A stretch of 64,000 nt of DNA from Elusimicrobia bacterium RIFCSPLOWO2_02_FULL_39_32 (GTDB lineage: Bacteria > Elusimicrobiota > Elusimicrobia > 2-02-FULL-39-32): NCBI GenBank assembly GCA_001800135.1, contig MGUU01000011.1, positions 8,842 through 72,841 on the forward strand, read 5' to 3'. Numbering within the stretch: the stretch's first letter is position 1; each line of letters begins with the position of its first letter. The notes under the pieces were generated by a model that did no database searches, was not told the origin of the DNA, and saw only the letters and a list, made by a program, of their open reading frames with translations. The translations under genes and the position numbers were made by a program. This document shows, one piece after another, positions 9,688 to 20,492 of the stretch.

Positions 9688-11037
9688 ATGGCAGATGAAA
9701 AATTTGATGTGATCATAGTTGGCGCTGGCCCAGCGGGGGCGAGCGCAGCCATCACTTGCGCCCGGACAGGATTGTCCACCGTGCTATTAGAAAGAGGCGA
9801 ATATCCGGGAGCGAAAAATGTTCAGGGAGGCATTCTCTATACAAAAATGCTCACTGAGATTATCCCTGACTTCTGGAAAGAACCCAAACCCCCTGTAGAG
9901 CGCCACATTACAGAGCAAAAAGTCATGCTTCTTTCTAATCAATCCGCAATTCATCTTGGTTTCAAATCCGCAGATTGGAGAAAAGAACCGCATAACTGTT
10001 ACAGCATCATCCGCGTTTCTTTTGACCGTTGGTATGCAAAAAAAGCTGAAGAAGCAGGCGCAGAACTCTATACAGGAGTATTGGTTTCGGATCTTATTAA
10101 AAAAAATGGAAAGATTTGCGGAGTAAAAACTAGCGAGGGAGATGAACTTTTTGCAAATGTAGTGATTGCCTGCGATGGGGTTAACTCGCTCTTGGCTCAA
10201 AAAGCAGGTTTAATTGATGAGTGGCGCCCAGATGAAGTAGCCTTAGCTGTAAAAGAAACCCTAGCTCTTCCAAAAGAAAAAATTGAAGAGAGATTTTCCT
10301 TGGAGGCAAATGAAGGAGCTACTTTTGAAATGTTTGGAAAAGTGACTGAAGGAATGTTAGGTTATGCTTTCCTTTACACTAATAAAGAAAGCCTTTCTTT
10401 AGGGGTTGGATGCAAGGTATCCCATTTCCAGAAAACAGGAATTCCCCCTTATGAACTTTTGGATCATCTTAAAGCACACCCTATTCTTAAACCCTTAATT
10501 AAAGACGCCCAAAGTCTGGAATATTCCGGCCACTTAATTCCTGAAGGCGGTTACTATTCCATGCCTCCGCTTTACACAGATGGTTTTTTAATTGCAGGCG
10601 ACGCAGCCCAAATGGTGAACCCTTCCCATAGAGAAGGTTCTAATTTAGCCATGACAGCCGGGAAGTTGGCTGCTGAAACAGTGATCGAATCTAAGAAAAC
10701 AGGAGACACCTCTTCAAAATTTCTTTCTTTATACCAAAAAAAATTAAGGGAAACATTCATTATTCCGGACCTTTACGACCACAAAGATCTGGAAGAAAAA
10801 ATAGAAGAAAGACCTGAACTTTTAACAGACATTCCGGATTTAGTCTGCAATGCGGCTTATGAATATTTTAATGTGGATGGACGGGCTAAAAGAGACGTGC
10901 AATCCGCGATCTTAAAAAAAATATTTCGCAACAAAGCTGTGCGTAAAATTATTAAATCTGAACTAAATTTAAAAAACCTTTTAGGGTTATTTAAAGGCGC
11001 TGTAAAAAGCGCATTAAACTATAAAAATCTAAGTTAA
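9688..11037 (+). CDS. fixC: FixC-like ETF:quinone oxidoreductase flavoprotein
   Basis: VGAGPAG, ERGEYPGAKN, FDRW, DGVNS, FLYTNKESLSLG, EYSGHLIPEGG, GDAA; followed by FixX. Confidence 0.9.
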   Translation: MADEKFDVIIVGAGPAGASAAITCARTGLSTVLLERGEYPGAKNVQGGILYTKMLTEIIPDFWKEPKPPVERHITEQKVMLLSNQSAIHLGFKSADWRKEPHNCYSIIRVSFDRWYAKKAEEAGAELYTGVLVSDLIKKNGKICGVKTSEGDELFANVVIACDGVNSLLAQKAGLIDEWRPDEVALAVKETLALPKEKIEERFSLEANEGATFEMFGKVTEGMLGYAFLYTNKESLSLGVGCKVSHFQKTGIPPYELLDHLKAHPILKPLIKDAQSLEYSGHLIPEGGYYSMPPLYTDGFLIAGDAAQMVNPSHREGSNLAMTAGKLAAETVIESKKTGDTSSKFLSLYQKKLRETFIIPDLYDHKDLEEKIEERPELLTDIPDLVCNAAYEYFNVDGRAKRDVQSAILKKIFRNKAVRKIIKSELNLKNLLGLFKGAVKSALNYKNLS

Positions 11038-11046
11038 GGATTTCTT

Positions 11047-11331
11047 ATGTCAACTGTTGAAGAAAAATTAGGAACTCTTGCCTTTAAAAACGATCACCAA
11101 TCGCATATCTCCATTCCTAACCCTAAAATATGCCTAACCCAATGCAAAGATAAACCTTGCACTAAAGTTTGCCCGGCAAAAGTCTATGATTGGGATGAAT
11201 CTCAAAAAAAGATTGTGGTTGGGTATGAAAACTGTATTGAGTGCGGCGCTGCCAGAATGATTTGCCCTTTCCAAAACATCCGTTGGGAAATGCCCAGAGG
11301 CGGTTTTGGCGTTTCCTACAAATTCGGTTAA
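11047..11331 (+). CDS. fixX: FixX-like ferredoxin
   Basis: C..C..KPC...CPA, CIECG, W..PRGGFGV.YKFG typical of FixX. Confidence 0.9.
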   Translation: MSTVEEKLGTLAFKNDHQSHISIPNPKICLTQCKDKPCTKVCPAKVYDWDESQKKIVVGYENCIECGAARMICPFQNIRWEMPRGGFGVSYKFG

Positions 11332-11469
11332 AATAAAGATTTATTTTATTAAGAATTGAATTAAAGATTTAAAATACCTCAACTCTTTAAACACATTTTT
11401 TGTTATGTAAAACAATTACTAATAGTATTGTATTATTTAACTTGGATATTTAGTCATTTTTTAAAACTC

Positions 11470-11997
11470 ATGTTTAAATCAATAATTATTATAGGAGTTT
11501 CTTACTTTTTTCTTTGTTTATTCTTACATATTATAGTATGGAAAATAAACCGTCCAAAAAATGATTTTCTAGCTTTATTTTTAATTTTCTTATTTTTTCC
11601 TTTAGCATTATATTTTATCTCCTTCTTACTTTTTTATGTAAATAATATCGTTCCTAATTCATATATTCCCCTAGAAACTCTTTTAGCAATTTACCTCCTA
11701 CATCTTTCACTTTCTTCAGTTTATATTCAAAGTTATCCTTTAGCTCAAGCAGTATCTCCATCTTTAAAAATTTTAAAAATAGTTGGAGATGCGATGCCCA
11801 AGGGTTTAAATAAACAAGAAATTTTTCATCATTTTGATCTGTCTGATCTCATTATTAAAAGAATCGAAGACCTAAGTGATAACAAATTTATTAAAAATGA
11901 AAATGAGTGTTTAACCTTAACATATTTTGGAAAATTTCTAGCTAAATTTTTTATTTTTTATCGCGCTTTCTTAGGTCTGCCACCCGGAAAAGGTTAA
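11470..11997 (+). CDS. hypothetical membrane protein with C-terminal winged-helix-like region
   Basis: Three hydrophobic segments then SPSLKIL...KRIEDL..NKFI...LTLTYFGK; very AT-rich; ATG 11470 preferred over TTG 11428. Confidence 0.6.
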   Translation: MFKSIIIIGVSYFFLCLFLHIIVWKINRPKNDFLALFLIFLFFPLALYFISFLLFYVNNIVPNSYIPLETLLAIYLLHLSLSSVYIQSYPLAQAVSPSLKILKIVGDAMPKGLNKQEIFHHFDLSDLIIKRIEDLSDNKFIKNENECLTLTYFGKFLAKFFIFYRAFLGLPPGKG

Positions 11998-12010
11998 AAT
12001 CTAAAATTGA

Positions 12011-12511
12011 ATGATTATTCTCATAATAATTTTATTACTCTCTCCATTTCTAGTCCTTATGACTCATAAGCTTCTATTGAGATCTTTAAAAAATCAATCC
12101 CCTCAAATAGTTGCTATCAATGCCGGCATCTTTTCAACAATCCCACTATTTTTCTTAATATGGCTTCTTCTTTCTAATCACTCATCCTTTTCAAACGAAA
12201 ATATTTATTGGGGACTAATATATAGTTTTATAATTTATGGTGGGATTATTTATTCATATTATCATCTATTTAATATGAGTGAAACGGGAAGGCGTATAAA
12301 AATTATCTGTACCATCCTTGCCAATGGCTCTTTAAGCAAAAAAAGCATTATTGACATTTATGGTACAGCTAACCCCATTGAAATTAGATTAGAACGGTTA
12401 TTACATGCTAAGATACTGTCTCTTAAGAATGATTATTACATACTTAATAAAAAATTTCTTTATTGGACTTCCAGTTTGGTAGAAAATTGGAGAAAATTTT
12501 TAGGATTTTAA
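12011..12511 (+). CDS. hypothetical membrane protein, similar architecture to the upstream gene
   Basis: Three TM segments then RRIKII...IRLERLL..KIL...YYIL...WRKFLG. Confidence 0.6.
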   Translation: MIILIIILLLSPFLVLMTHKLLLRSLKNQSPQIVAINAGIFSTIPLFFLIWLLLSNHSSFSNENIYWGLIYSFIIYGGIIYSYYHLFNMSETGRRIKIICTILANGSLSKKSIIDIYGTANPIEIRLERLLHAKILSLKNDYYILNKKFLYWTSSLVENWRKFLGF

Positions 12512-12638
12512 TTAATAGAATAGCTCTATCAATATTTGAGATAAAAGCTACTGCAAATCCTATTTTGGTGATATGAAGAAATATAATATAAGATATTATT
12601 TTTATATAACTTAAATAAAATATTAAGGAAATACAATT

Positions 12639-15242
12639 ATGAAACTAGACCGATTAACGATTAAAGCTGAAGAAGCTCTTTCTGCAGCAAGCGCCCAAGC
12701 AGGAGAACATTCCCACCAAATGATTTCTACTGAACATCTCCTTTTTGCTTTGATCCAGCAAAAAGATGGGGTGGTTTTAGAAATCTTAGAAAAAATAGGA
12801 GTATCTTCTAATCTTTTATTAAAAAAAATTGAAAAAATTTTTGAAAAAAATCCCCAAGTTTCTTTAGGAAATGCTCAGATTCAAGGACAGATTTTTATTT
12901 CTCCTGAATTGCAAACGATTCTAACCCTTGCGGAAAAAACTGCAAAGGATTTAAAAGATGAATTTATTTCCACAGAGCATTTACTCTTAGGTATTGCTGA
13001 AGAATCCAAAAGTAAAGCATCCCAACTGCTTTTAGAAACTGGCATCACAAAAGAGACAATCTTAAAATCCCTGCAGCTCATCCGGGGCAGCCAAAGAATC
13101 ACTTCCCCCTCGCCAGAAGAGACGTATAAACCTCTAGAAAAATATGGACGAGATCTTACGGAAATGGCAAAACTAGGAAAATTAGATCCCGTGATTGGGA
13201 GGGATCAAGAGATTAGGCGCGTGATTCAAGTACTTGCCCGGAGAACAAAAAATAACCCTGTATTAATAGGAGATCCTGGTGTTGGGAAAACAGCCATAGC
13301 AGAAGGATTGGCTCAGAGAATTATTTCCGGCGATGTACCAGAAACTTTAAAAAATAAAAGGGTCATTGGGCTGGATTTAGGAGCGCTTATTGCCGGGACA
13401 AAATTTAGAGGAGACTTTGAAGAGCGTTTAAAAGCAGTTCTAAAAGAAATAACAAGCTCAGGGGGACAAATAGTTCTTTTTATTGATGAAATGCATACCT
13501 TAATCGGCGCCGGGGCTGCTGAAGGAGCAATAGATGCTTCTAACCTGCTTAAACCCATGTTAGCTCGAGGTGAGTTGCACTGTATAGGAGCGACCACCAT
13601 TGATGAGTACAGAAAACATATTGAGAAAGACGCTGCTTTAGAAAGAAGATTCCAACCTGTTTTAGTGAATGAGCCTAGCGTAGAGGATACGATCTCTATC
13701 TTGCGCGGGCTAAAGGAAAAATACGAACTGCACCATGGAGTTAGAATTAAAGATTCTGCTTTAGTGGCAGCTGCAAAACTCTCCTCACGTTATATCTCAG
13801 ACAGATTTCTGCCAGATAAAGCCATTGATCTAATAGACGAGTCTGCTTCCAGCTTACGCATGGAAATTGATTCCATGCCTCAAGAATTAGACGAGCTGGA
13901 TAGAAAAATACGTCAATTAGAAATTGAAAAAACAGCGCTTAAAAAAGAAGCGGATCCCCTTTCAGAAGAAAGAATTCAAAAAATTGAGGAGGAGCTTCAG
14001 AATCTCAATCTTAAGACCGTTGGTTTTAAAAATCAGTGGGAAAAGGAAAAAGAAATTATTCAAAAGACAAGAGTCTTAAAAGAAAAATTGGAAAATTTAA
14101 AACTGGAAGAAAAAAATGCGGAACGAGCTGGGGACTTAGGCAAGGCTGCTGAAATCCGCTATGGAAAACTTCCCAACATACAAAAAGAGATGGAAGTTTT
14201 AAACCCAGAGGTTGAGACCCGCAGTAAAAAAGGAGCGCTCTTAAAAGAAGAGGTGGATGAGGAAGATATTGCGCAAATCATCTCCCGCTGGACAGGCATT
14301 CCTGTAACCCGAATGCTGGAAGCTGAAATGCAAAAACTCTTCCATATGGAACAAAGGCTGCACAAAAGAGTGGTGGGACAAGAAGAAGCTATTCAAGCGA
14401 TTAGCAACGCTGTTCGTCGTTCCAGATCAGGAATTACAGATCCTAATCGTCCTATAGGAACTTTTATGTTTCTTGGTCCGACCGGCGTGGGAAAAACTGA
14501 ACTAGCCAAAGCAGTGACAGAATATCTTTTTGACGATGAAAAAAACTTAATACGCATTGACATGAGCGAATATATGGAAAAACATTCTGTATCCCGTTTA
14601 ATTGGCGCGCCTCCTGGCTATGTGGGCTATGATGAAGGTGGACAACTAACAGAAGCGATCCGTAAACATCCCTATGCAGTCATTCTTTTTGATGAAATTG
14701 AAAAAGCTCATAAAGAGGTATTTGATTTAATGCTTCAAATTCTGGATGAGGGACGCCTGACAGATGGACAAGGAAGAACCGTAAATTTTAAAAATAGTCT
14801 GATTATCATGAGCTCTAATGTGGGCTCCAATTGGATACAGGAAACTTCCGACTACCAGGAAATGAAAAAAAGAATTATGGAATCTCTTCAAGCTCATTTT
14901 AGGCCGGAATTCTTAAATCGAATTGACGAAATTTTAATCTTTCAGCGTTTGCAGGCGGATGAAATGAATAAAATTGTTGAGATTGCCTTAAAACAGCTTG
15001 AAAACCGTTTAAATGAAAAAAAAATATCTTTAATCTTAACAGAATCTGCTAAACGCTTCTTAGTCAAAGAGGGATTTCATCCTGCTTTTGGAGCAAGACC
15101 TCTCAAACGAGCAATTCAAAAATTCCTATCAGATCCTTTAGCTCAAAAAATCGTTTCCAATGAATTTAAAGAGGGTGATACCATCGAAGTTTCATCCAAA
15201 CGAATGGAAGGAATAGAAAATCTTGTGTTTAATAAAAAATAA
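12639..15242 (+). CDS. clpB: chaperone ClpB
   Basis: Two AAA+ modules ([16 protein letters not shown]), KFRGDFEER, long coiled-coil middle domain, GARPLKR; 867 aa. Confidence 0.97.
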   Translation: MKLDRLTIKAEEALSAASAQAGEHSHQMISTEHLLFALIQQKDGVVLEILEKIGVSSNLLLKKIEKIFEKNPQVSLGNAQIQGQIFISPELQTILTLAEKTAKDLKDEFISTEHLLLGIAEESKSKASQLLLETGITKETILKSLQLIRGSQRITSPSPEETYKPLEKYGRDLTEMAKLGKLDPVIGRDQEIRRVIQVLARRTKNNPVLIGDPGVGKTAIAEGLAQRIISGDVPETLKNKRVIGLDLGALIAGTKFRGDFEERLKAVLKEITSSGGQIVLFIDEMHTLIGAGAAEGAIDASNLLKPMLARGELHCIGATTIDEYRKHIEKDAALERRFQPVLVNEPSVEDTISILRGLKEKYELHHGVRIKDSALVAAAKLSSRYISDRFLPDKAIDLIDESASSLRMEIDSMPQELDELDRKIRQLEIEKTALKKEADPLSEERIQKIEEELQNLNLKTVGFKNQWEKEKEIIQKTRVLKEKLENLKLEEKNAERAGDLGKAAEIRYGKLPNIQKEMEVLNPEVETRSKKGALLKEEVDEEDIAQIISRWTGIPVTRMLEAEMQKLFHMEQRLHKRVVGQEEAIQAISNAVRRSRSGITDPNRPIGTFMFLGPTGVGKTELAKAVTEYLFDDEKNLIRIDMSEYMEKHSVSRLIGAPPGYVGYDEGGQLTEAIRKHPYAVILFDEIEKAHKEVFDLMLQILDEGRLTDGQGRTVNFKNSLIIMSSNVGSNWIQETSDYQEMKKRIMESLQAHFRPEFLNRIDEILIFQRLQADEMNKIVEIALKQLENRLNEKKISLILTESAKRFLVKEGFHPAFGARPLKRAIQKFLSDPLAQKIVSNEFKEGDTIEVSSKRMEGIENLVFNKK

Positions 15243-15291
15243 TTAAACCAAACAACAGATGGATTCAAAGAATTCAATGAACATTTCGATT

Positions 15292-16002
15292 TTATCTCAT
15301 AGGAACTTCAATCAGAAGGCAGGAAGAAAACTTTTTAGCCGTGAGTTTAATAGATTGCCTTCCAATAACCTTGGCAGCATCACCATTTCTTAAACCAATA
15401 TCATTAAAATTAATTTCACCACCCACTACAAAAATAAACGTGCCGTTTTCTTTTTTAAAAGCTTCGTAAGATACAGAAATCCCCGGATCTAACAATGCAA
15501 AAGAAAAAATAGAATTTTGATGAATGTAAATTGTGTTTTTTTCTTTGGCTCCGGAAACAATTGGAACAATCTGATTTTTATTTGATTTTAGAATACCTTT
15601 TTTTTGCTCATAACTAGGCGCTATATCTTTTTCTCTGGGTTCAATCCAAACCTGTAAAAGATGAACCCCCTCCATTTTTGAACAATTGTATTCAGAATGG
15701 ACAAGTCCGCTCCCAGCAGACATTCTCTGCACGTCTCCAGCCTCAATCACTCCATGGTTTCCAATGCTATCTTTATGTTCTAACCTGCCTTGAAAAACTA
15801 AAGTTACAATTTCCATATTTGCATGCGGGTGCATGCCAAAACCACCGCCGGGATGAATCCTATCCTCATTTAAAACTCTTAAAGATCCAAAATGTATCTG
15901 TTTTGGATCATAATAATCTCCAAAACTAAAACTATGTTTACTTTCTAACCAATCCAACTGTGTTACTCCTCTTTGATCTGAAGGAATAATTTCAATACTC
16001 AT
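15292..16002 (-). CDS. pirin family protein (YhhW-like)
   Basis: HSFSF..YYDP, GFGMHPHANMEI, HKDSIGN, MSAGSGLVHSE, LLQVW. Confidence 0.92.
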   Translation of the reverse strand: MSIEIIPSDQRGVTQLDWLESKHSFSFGDYYDPKQIHFGSLRVLNEDRIHPGGGFGMHPHANMEIVTLVFQGRLEHKDSIGNHGVIEAGDVQRMSAGSGLVHSEYNCSKMEGVHLLQVWIEPREKDIAPSYEQKKGILKSNKNQIVPIVSGAKEKNTIYIHQNSIFSFALLDPGISVSYEAFKKENGTFIFVVGGEINFNDIGLRNGDAAKVIGRQSIKLTAKKFSSCLLIEVPMR

Positions 16003-16020
16003 TTCAACAATAACCAAATT

Positions 16021-17025
16021 TTAAGCAACTGTATTTATAAATTTATTTGAAATAAAACTGGATATATTGTTTATCGTGGTATCTAAAATTCTCTGCATCG
16101 CTTCTTGACTATAAAAAGCGATATGAGGTGTGATCACAACGTTTTCTCTATGTAAAAGGATGTGATTTTTAAGCAAAGTTTCTAGTTTTTCTTGAGGGAA
16201 TTGGTGTGAAAGGATCTGTTTTTCTTCTTTAATTAAATCTTCATCTTCTAAAGCATCTAACCCAGCTCCTGCAAGAATGCCTTCATCTAACGCTTCCACT
16301 AAAGCATGAGTATCTATCAAAGCTCCGCGAGCAGTGTTTACCAAAAGCGCGCCCCTTTTAATCTTTTTAATATTCTGCCTATTAATCAAATGATGGGTTT
16401 TCGCATTGTAAGGAGCATGCAAGGAGACAATATCTGAATTAGCAAGTAAAAATTCTAAATCCGCATACTTAAAACCAAGGACCTCTTCTAAAAAATGGTT
16501 TTTATTCACATCAAAAGCAAGCGCTTCCATGCCAAAACCTCTGGCCATTTTTATCACATGTAAACCAATATGTCCTGCGCCAACCACTCCTAAAGTTTTA
16601 CCTTTTAAATCAAAACCTTTTAAACCATTTAAAGAAAAATCCCCTTTTACTGTCCTCACAAAAGCCTTATGCACATTGCGGGAAAGGGAAAGAATCAAAG
16701 CAAAGGTATGCTCTGCCACAGTATTTTCTCCGTAAAAAGGAACATTGGCAACAACAATCCCTTTTTTTTTGCAAGTTTCCAAATCTATATGGTCAAACCC
16801 TGTGGAGCGGGTAGCAATAAACTTTAAATTTTGAATCTGGCTAATAACTTCCTTGGATACTTTAGAATAGATAAAAACTGAAAGAATGTCACAAGATTTA
16901 ATTTGGCTAAGATGTTGCCCTGAAAGTTCTTCTTGAAAAAAAAGAAATTCATTATTAAGGGCTAAGGGAGAATTTTTAATACATTCTATTTCCCAGTCAT
17001 TTATTTCTAAAAAAGCAATTTTCAT
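16021..17025 (-). CDS. D-isomer-specific 2-hydroxyacid dehydrogenase (D-lactate dehydrogenase-like)
   Basis: TRSTGFDHID, VAEH, GAGHIG, NTARG, GLDALE, TPHIAF. Confidence 0.92.
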   Translation of the reverse strand: MKIAFLEINDWEIECIKNSPLALNNEFLFFQEELSGQHLSQIKSCDILSVFIYSKVSKEVISQIQNLKFIATRSTGFDHIDLETCKKKGIVVANVPFYGENTVAEHTFALILSLSRNVHKAFVRTVKGDFSLNGLKGFDLKGKTLGVVGAGHIGLHVIKMARGFGMEALAFDVNKNHFLEEVLGFKYADLEFLLANSDIVSLHAPYNAKTHHLINRQNIKKIKRGALLVNTARGALIDTHALVEALDEGILAGAGLDALEDEDLIKEEKQILSHQFPQEKLETLLKNHILLHRENVVITPHIAFYSQEAMQRILDTTINNISSFISNKFINTVA

Positions 17026-17033
17026 TGGTAAAC

Positions 17034-18308
17034 TTAATTATAGCTTTTTCTTTTAAAATTTATGAAAAAATAAGGGAGCCAAATCCAAAATAACCAACTA
17101 AAAATTTGATTGAATGGAAGTGTGCGAAACAGTGTCCATAAAACTAAAATAGGATCAATCAATAAGTGAACCCAACCAGTCTTAGCTTCTTTTTTAACAC
17201 GAACAATCACTTTAACCGCATTAAAACGCTTTTCTCTTAAAAGTCTTAAAAGAGCCGACTCAATATCTTTAGTAGGCAACTTTCTCCATCCGGGCAATTC
17301 AATAATGTTCCATACATAATTCGTAAAACCCCAACCATGATTATCTGTAACCCCAGTCATAAATAAATTATGCTTGCGACAAAAGCCAATGATCTGGTTT
17401 CTAAACGATTCATCAAAATCTAAAGCCAATGGCGCGCTATTTACAATTTCAAAACCGCTAAGTCCCCAGTTTGCAAAATCATCTAAATCGCTGTTCCAGT
17501 GATATTTCCAATATTCCGGTAAACTTGCAATCACTAAAATTTTTGGATCTTTTCGCATTTCTTTTAAAAAAATTTCCAACCCATATTTTCCCTGATCATA
17601 AGGGCCATTGGGGATCAGCTCTTTTAGCCCTAAAACCACCCAATGCGATTCATGCAAACTAACCTCTTCACCTAAAAAAGAAAGGATTTTGCTTTCTCCC
17701 TTCATTGCTCTTGCATAAGAAAGCAGTGATCCATTAAAAACATTGTGGTCTGTTATGAAACAGGCGTCAAATCCAGCTTTGAAATGCCAATCAATATTTT
17801 TTTCTGACGTAAAAGATTTGCGCGCATCCCAGGAGCTGTTAGTGTGCGAATGAAAATCCACAACCATTAAATCCGGATTATTAACTCTTAAACTTGCCAA
17901 GGGACGGGGTAAAAATACAGCCAAAGCAATCACCAAAAGATAACTCATCCCAAATAGAATAAATTTTCCAAGCTCTTTAAAAAGGCGCTGAAGTGTTATC
18001 GGGCGATGAACCAAATGAATAGAACGAAATAAAATCCAGATCAAAACGCACAATAGAATAAAAGCAACATGCTGTTTTAAACTTAATAAAGTTAAATGAT
18101 CAAACAAAGAAAAAAAAGGAGAGAAAAAAAGATATGATTTAGGAAAATAAAGGAAACAATCTAGAGGATAGGTTCCAGTAACAATGTCTTTGACTGTGTT
18201 TGGGGTTTTAAAACTTTGCCCTAAAAAAAGTAAAAGGGTAAGAATTCCAGAGAAAAGAAGACTCTTTCCTTTTTTAGGGCTTGCCAATTCCAATACTTGT
18301 ACCTCCAT
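17034..18308 (-). CDS. membrane-anchored PHP-domain phosphoesterase
   Basis: DFHSHT..SWD, ITDHN, GEE, TDNH PHP metal motifs flanked by TM helices; start codon uncertain (overlaps SDR by 35 nt). Confidence 0.75.
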   Translation of the reverse strand: MEVQVLELASPKKGKSLLFSGILTLLLFLGQSFKTPNTVKDIVTGTYPLDCFLYFPKSYLFFSPFFSLFDHLTLLSLKQHVAFILLCVLIWILFRSIHLVHRPITLQRLFKELGKFILFGMSYLLVIALAVFLPRPLASLRVNNPDLMVVDFHSHTNSSWDARKSFTSEKNIDWHFKAGFDACFITDHNVFNGSLLSYARAMKGESKILSFLGEEVSLHESHWVVLGLKELIPNGPYDQGKYGLEIFLKEMRKDPKILVIASLPEYWKYHWNSDLDDFANWGLSGFEIVNSAPLALDFDESFRNQIIGFCRKHNLFMTGVTDNHGWGFTNYVWNIIELPGWRKLPTKDIESALLRLLREKRFNAVKVIVRVKKEAKTGWVHLLIDPILVLWTLFRTLPFNQIFSWLFWIWLPYFFINFKRKSYN

Positions 18309-19020
18309 CTACCACTAAAGTTGTGCCTGTAACCCAGGCAGATTCATCCGAAGCAAAATATAGAATGGAAAAAGCAGCATCTTCCGGCAGCCCATCCCTG
18401 AATAGCAGTGGATTTGTGCGCAAAGAATCTTTTCCTTTAGTAAACATTTGATGAGACATTTGTCCGGGACAAACACAATTCACTCTAATCTGGCGCGGGG
18501 CCAATTCTAATGCCAGACTTTTGGTAAGAGAAATAACCGCTGCTTTCGAAGCATTATAATGCGCCATATTTTTTGTAGTTAACATGGAGCCAAACACTGC
18601 TGCTGTAAGGATAATGGAACCAGAACCATTTTTAATCAAATAGGGGAGGGCTGCTTGCACAGTGAGAAATTTAGCTTTTAGATTTAAGGATAACATCTCA
18701 TCCCAATCTTTTTCCGTAATCTTTTCTATTGGGCTTGTCCTAAAATGTCCCATATTACAATGAAGAATATCCAATTTACCAAATTCTTTCATGATCTGAT
18801 GAAAAACAGCATGAGTTTGATCTTGTTTGGTACAATCCGCTATAAAGGAAACTGCTTGACCTCCTTGCTCTTTAATTCTTTCAACGGTATCAAGGGCTGC
18901 GTCTTTTTTGCGGGAAATAAGCGCAACTTTTGCTCCTTGCTGAGCAAATAAAAGAGCAGTGGCTCGGCCGATCCCCGGACCTGCGCCTGCAATAATTGCA
19001 ACTTTATCTTTTAACCGCAT
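18274..19020 (-). CDS. short-chain dehydrogenase/reductase
   Basis: GAGPGIG, YNASK, RVNCVCPG, VDGG. Confidence 0.9.
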   Translation of the reverse strand: MRLKDKVAIIAGAGPGIGRATALLFAQQGAKVALISRKKDAALDTVERIKEQGGQAVSFIADCTKQDQTHAVFHQIMKEFGKLDILHCNMGHFRTSPIEKITEKDWDEMLSLNLKAKFLTVQAALPYLIKNGSGSIILTAAVFGSMLTTKNMAHYNASKAAVISLTKSLALELAPRQIRVNCVCPGQMSHQMFTKGKDSLRTNPLLFRDGLPEDAAFSILYFASDESAWVTGTTLVVDGGTSIGIGKP

Positions 19021-19786
19021 TGGATAAAACTCGATTTAGCCTGTCAGGAAAATTCGTGGCAATAGCGTCTGTTCCGATGGTAAAAATTTTTTTCATTTCC
19101 TTAACTTCATTCACAGTCCAAGCAACAACAAAAAGTTTATGCTTATGAGCATTTTGCACCAAAGATTTTGTGATTAAATGTCTGCGTGGAAAAATCGCGT
19201 CTGCCCCAAGTTCCTTAGCTCTTTTAAAAGGATCTGCTAAAGGTTCTCTATACAAAATGCCCGTTGGTATGTTTGGCTCTAAAGATTTTGCTCTTTTAAC
19301 TACCCCATGGTCAAAAGAAATGAAAATGATGCGGGATTCCATTTTTTTCTTTTTTACAATTTCTATTGCAACCTTTTCTATATCTAAATAACGAATGGGT
19401 TCATTTTTAATTTCTATTGCTAATCCTAAAGCGCGACCAAGGCAAGATTTTTGTTCTTTAATCCAATCTAAAAGTTCCTCTAATAAAAGCGCTCTTTCCC
19501 CAACATATTTTTTAGAATACCAGGATCCTGCATCCAGCTTCTTAATTTTTGAAGAGGTCAAATTCCTAATTTGTCCATGCCCATTGGTAGTTCTTTCCAC
19601 GCTCTCATCATGCATTACCACGCATTTCTTATCTTTAGAAAGGTGAATGTCACATTCCAACATGTCTGCTCCTAACTTTTGCCCGCAAATAAAAGAAGCC
19701 AGGGTATTTTCTGGAGCATGCCCCATGGCCCCGCGGTGACCAATTAACCAACATTTTCGAGGAGAAGTTTCATTAAATTTAAACAT
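19004..19786 (-). CDS. glycerophosphodiester phosphodiesterase
   Basis: IGHRGA..APENT, ECD..LSKD, VMHD..VERTT, IEIK, ISFD, WTVN, TNFP. Confidence 0.93.
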   Translation of the reverse strand: MFKFNETSPRKCWLIGHRGAMGHAPENTLASFICGQKLGADMLECDIHLSKDKKCVVMHDESVERTTNGHGQIRNLTSSKIKKLDAGSWYSKKYVGERALLLEELLDWIKEQKSCLGRALGLAIEIKNEPIRYLDIEKVAIEIVKKKKMESRIIFISFDHGVVKRAKSLEPNIPTGILYREPLADPFKRAKELGADAIFPRRHLITKSLVQNAHKHKLFVVAWTVNEVKEMKKIFTIGTDAIATNFPDRLNRVLSNAVKR

Positions 19787-19793
19787 AATTTAA

Positions 19794-19802
19794 AATATAC
19801 CA
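19794..19802 (-). promoter_or_regulatory. extended -10 promoter, leaderless start of GDPD gene
   Basis: TG-G-TATATT 7 nt before ATG 19786; no SD. Confidence 0.5.
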
Positions 19803-19886
19803 AATTTCAGGGGATTACCCAAAAACCTTTTACACATTAAAACTGTGAACTTTTAAAACTTAAAGCAACTAAAAACTTTCCAAACA

Positions 19887-19915
19887 TTGTATTCATTCTA
19901 AAAAATAAATAAAAT
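19887..19915 (+). promoter_or_regulatory. sigma70 promoter, leaderless start of Nudix gene
   Basis: TTGTAT-17-TAAAAT, 7 nt before ATG 19923. Confidence 0.55.
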
Positions 19916-19922
19916 TTTGTTT

Positions 19923-20492
19923 ATGATTGAAAAATTTTTAAGAAATCATATTACCTACAAAGGAAATGCGGTGGGTTTTAAGTGCGATGAAATTCTCTTG
20001 CCCAACAAAAATAAAGCTTATCGAGAATATTTAACCCATGCCGGAGCTGTGGCCATTATCCCATTTCTAGATTCCCCTAAAAAAGTTCCTCTTCTTAAAT
20101 GTAGAATAGTTCTTGTAGAACAATACCGCTATCCTGTGAATAGAATTACAGAAGAGCTGCCAGCAGGAAAAATTGATTTTAAAGAATCTCCTAAGAGCTG
20201 TTTAGCTAGAGAACTTAAAGAGGAGACAGGATATTCCACTAAAAGATTCCATCATATAATCAGTTACTGCCCTACCCCGGCTTTCTCTCAAGAAGTTATC
20301 CATATCTATTGGGCAGATTCCCTTAAAAAAGGAAAGTGCAATCCAGACGAAGATGAGTTCTTAAGAGTAAAAGTGGAGAGCTTTCAGAATATTTTGCAAA
20401 AAATTAGAAAAGGAAAAATTAAGGATTCAAAAACTGTGATTGGAATTCTGGCTTGCGTTGCTTTAGAATTTCCAGGAGTTAAGCTCAGGTAA
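19923..20492 (+). CDS. Nudix hydrolase, ADP-ribose pyrophosphatase-like
   Basis: QYRYP, ELPAG...RELKEETG Nudix box, DEDE, IKDSKT. Confidence 0.9.
   Translation: MIEKFLRNHITYKGNAVGFKCDEILLPNKNKAYREYLTHAGAVAIIPFLDSPKKVPLLKCRIVLVEQYRYPVNRITEELPAGKIDFKESPKSCLARELKEETGYSTKRFHHIISYCPTPAFSQEVIHIYWADSLKKGKCNPDEDEFLRVKVESFQNILQKIRKGKIKDSKTVIGILACVALEFPGVKLR

Noticed and set aside
12520..12546. Possible CIRCE (HrcA) element upstream of clpB: ATAGCTCTA-N9-GAGATAAAA
   Set aside because: Only about 11/18 matches to TTAGCACTC-N9-GAGTGCTAA in very AT-rich DNA
20463..20492. 30-nt convergent overlap of the Nudix gene and surE
   Set aside because: Short tail-to-tail overlaps are common in compact genomes; no evidence of function
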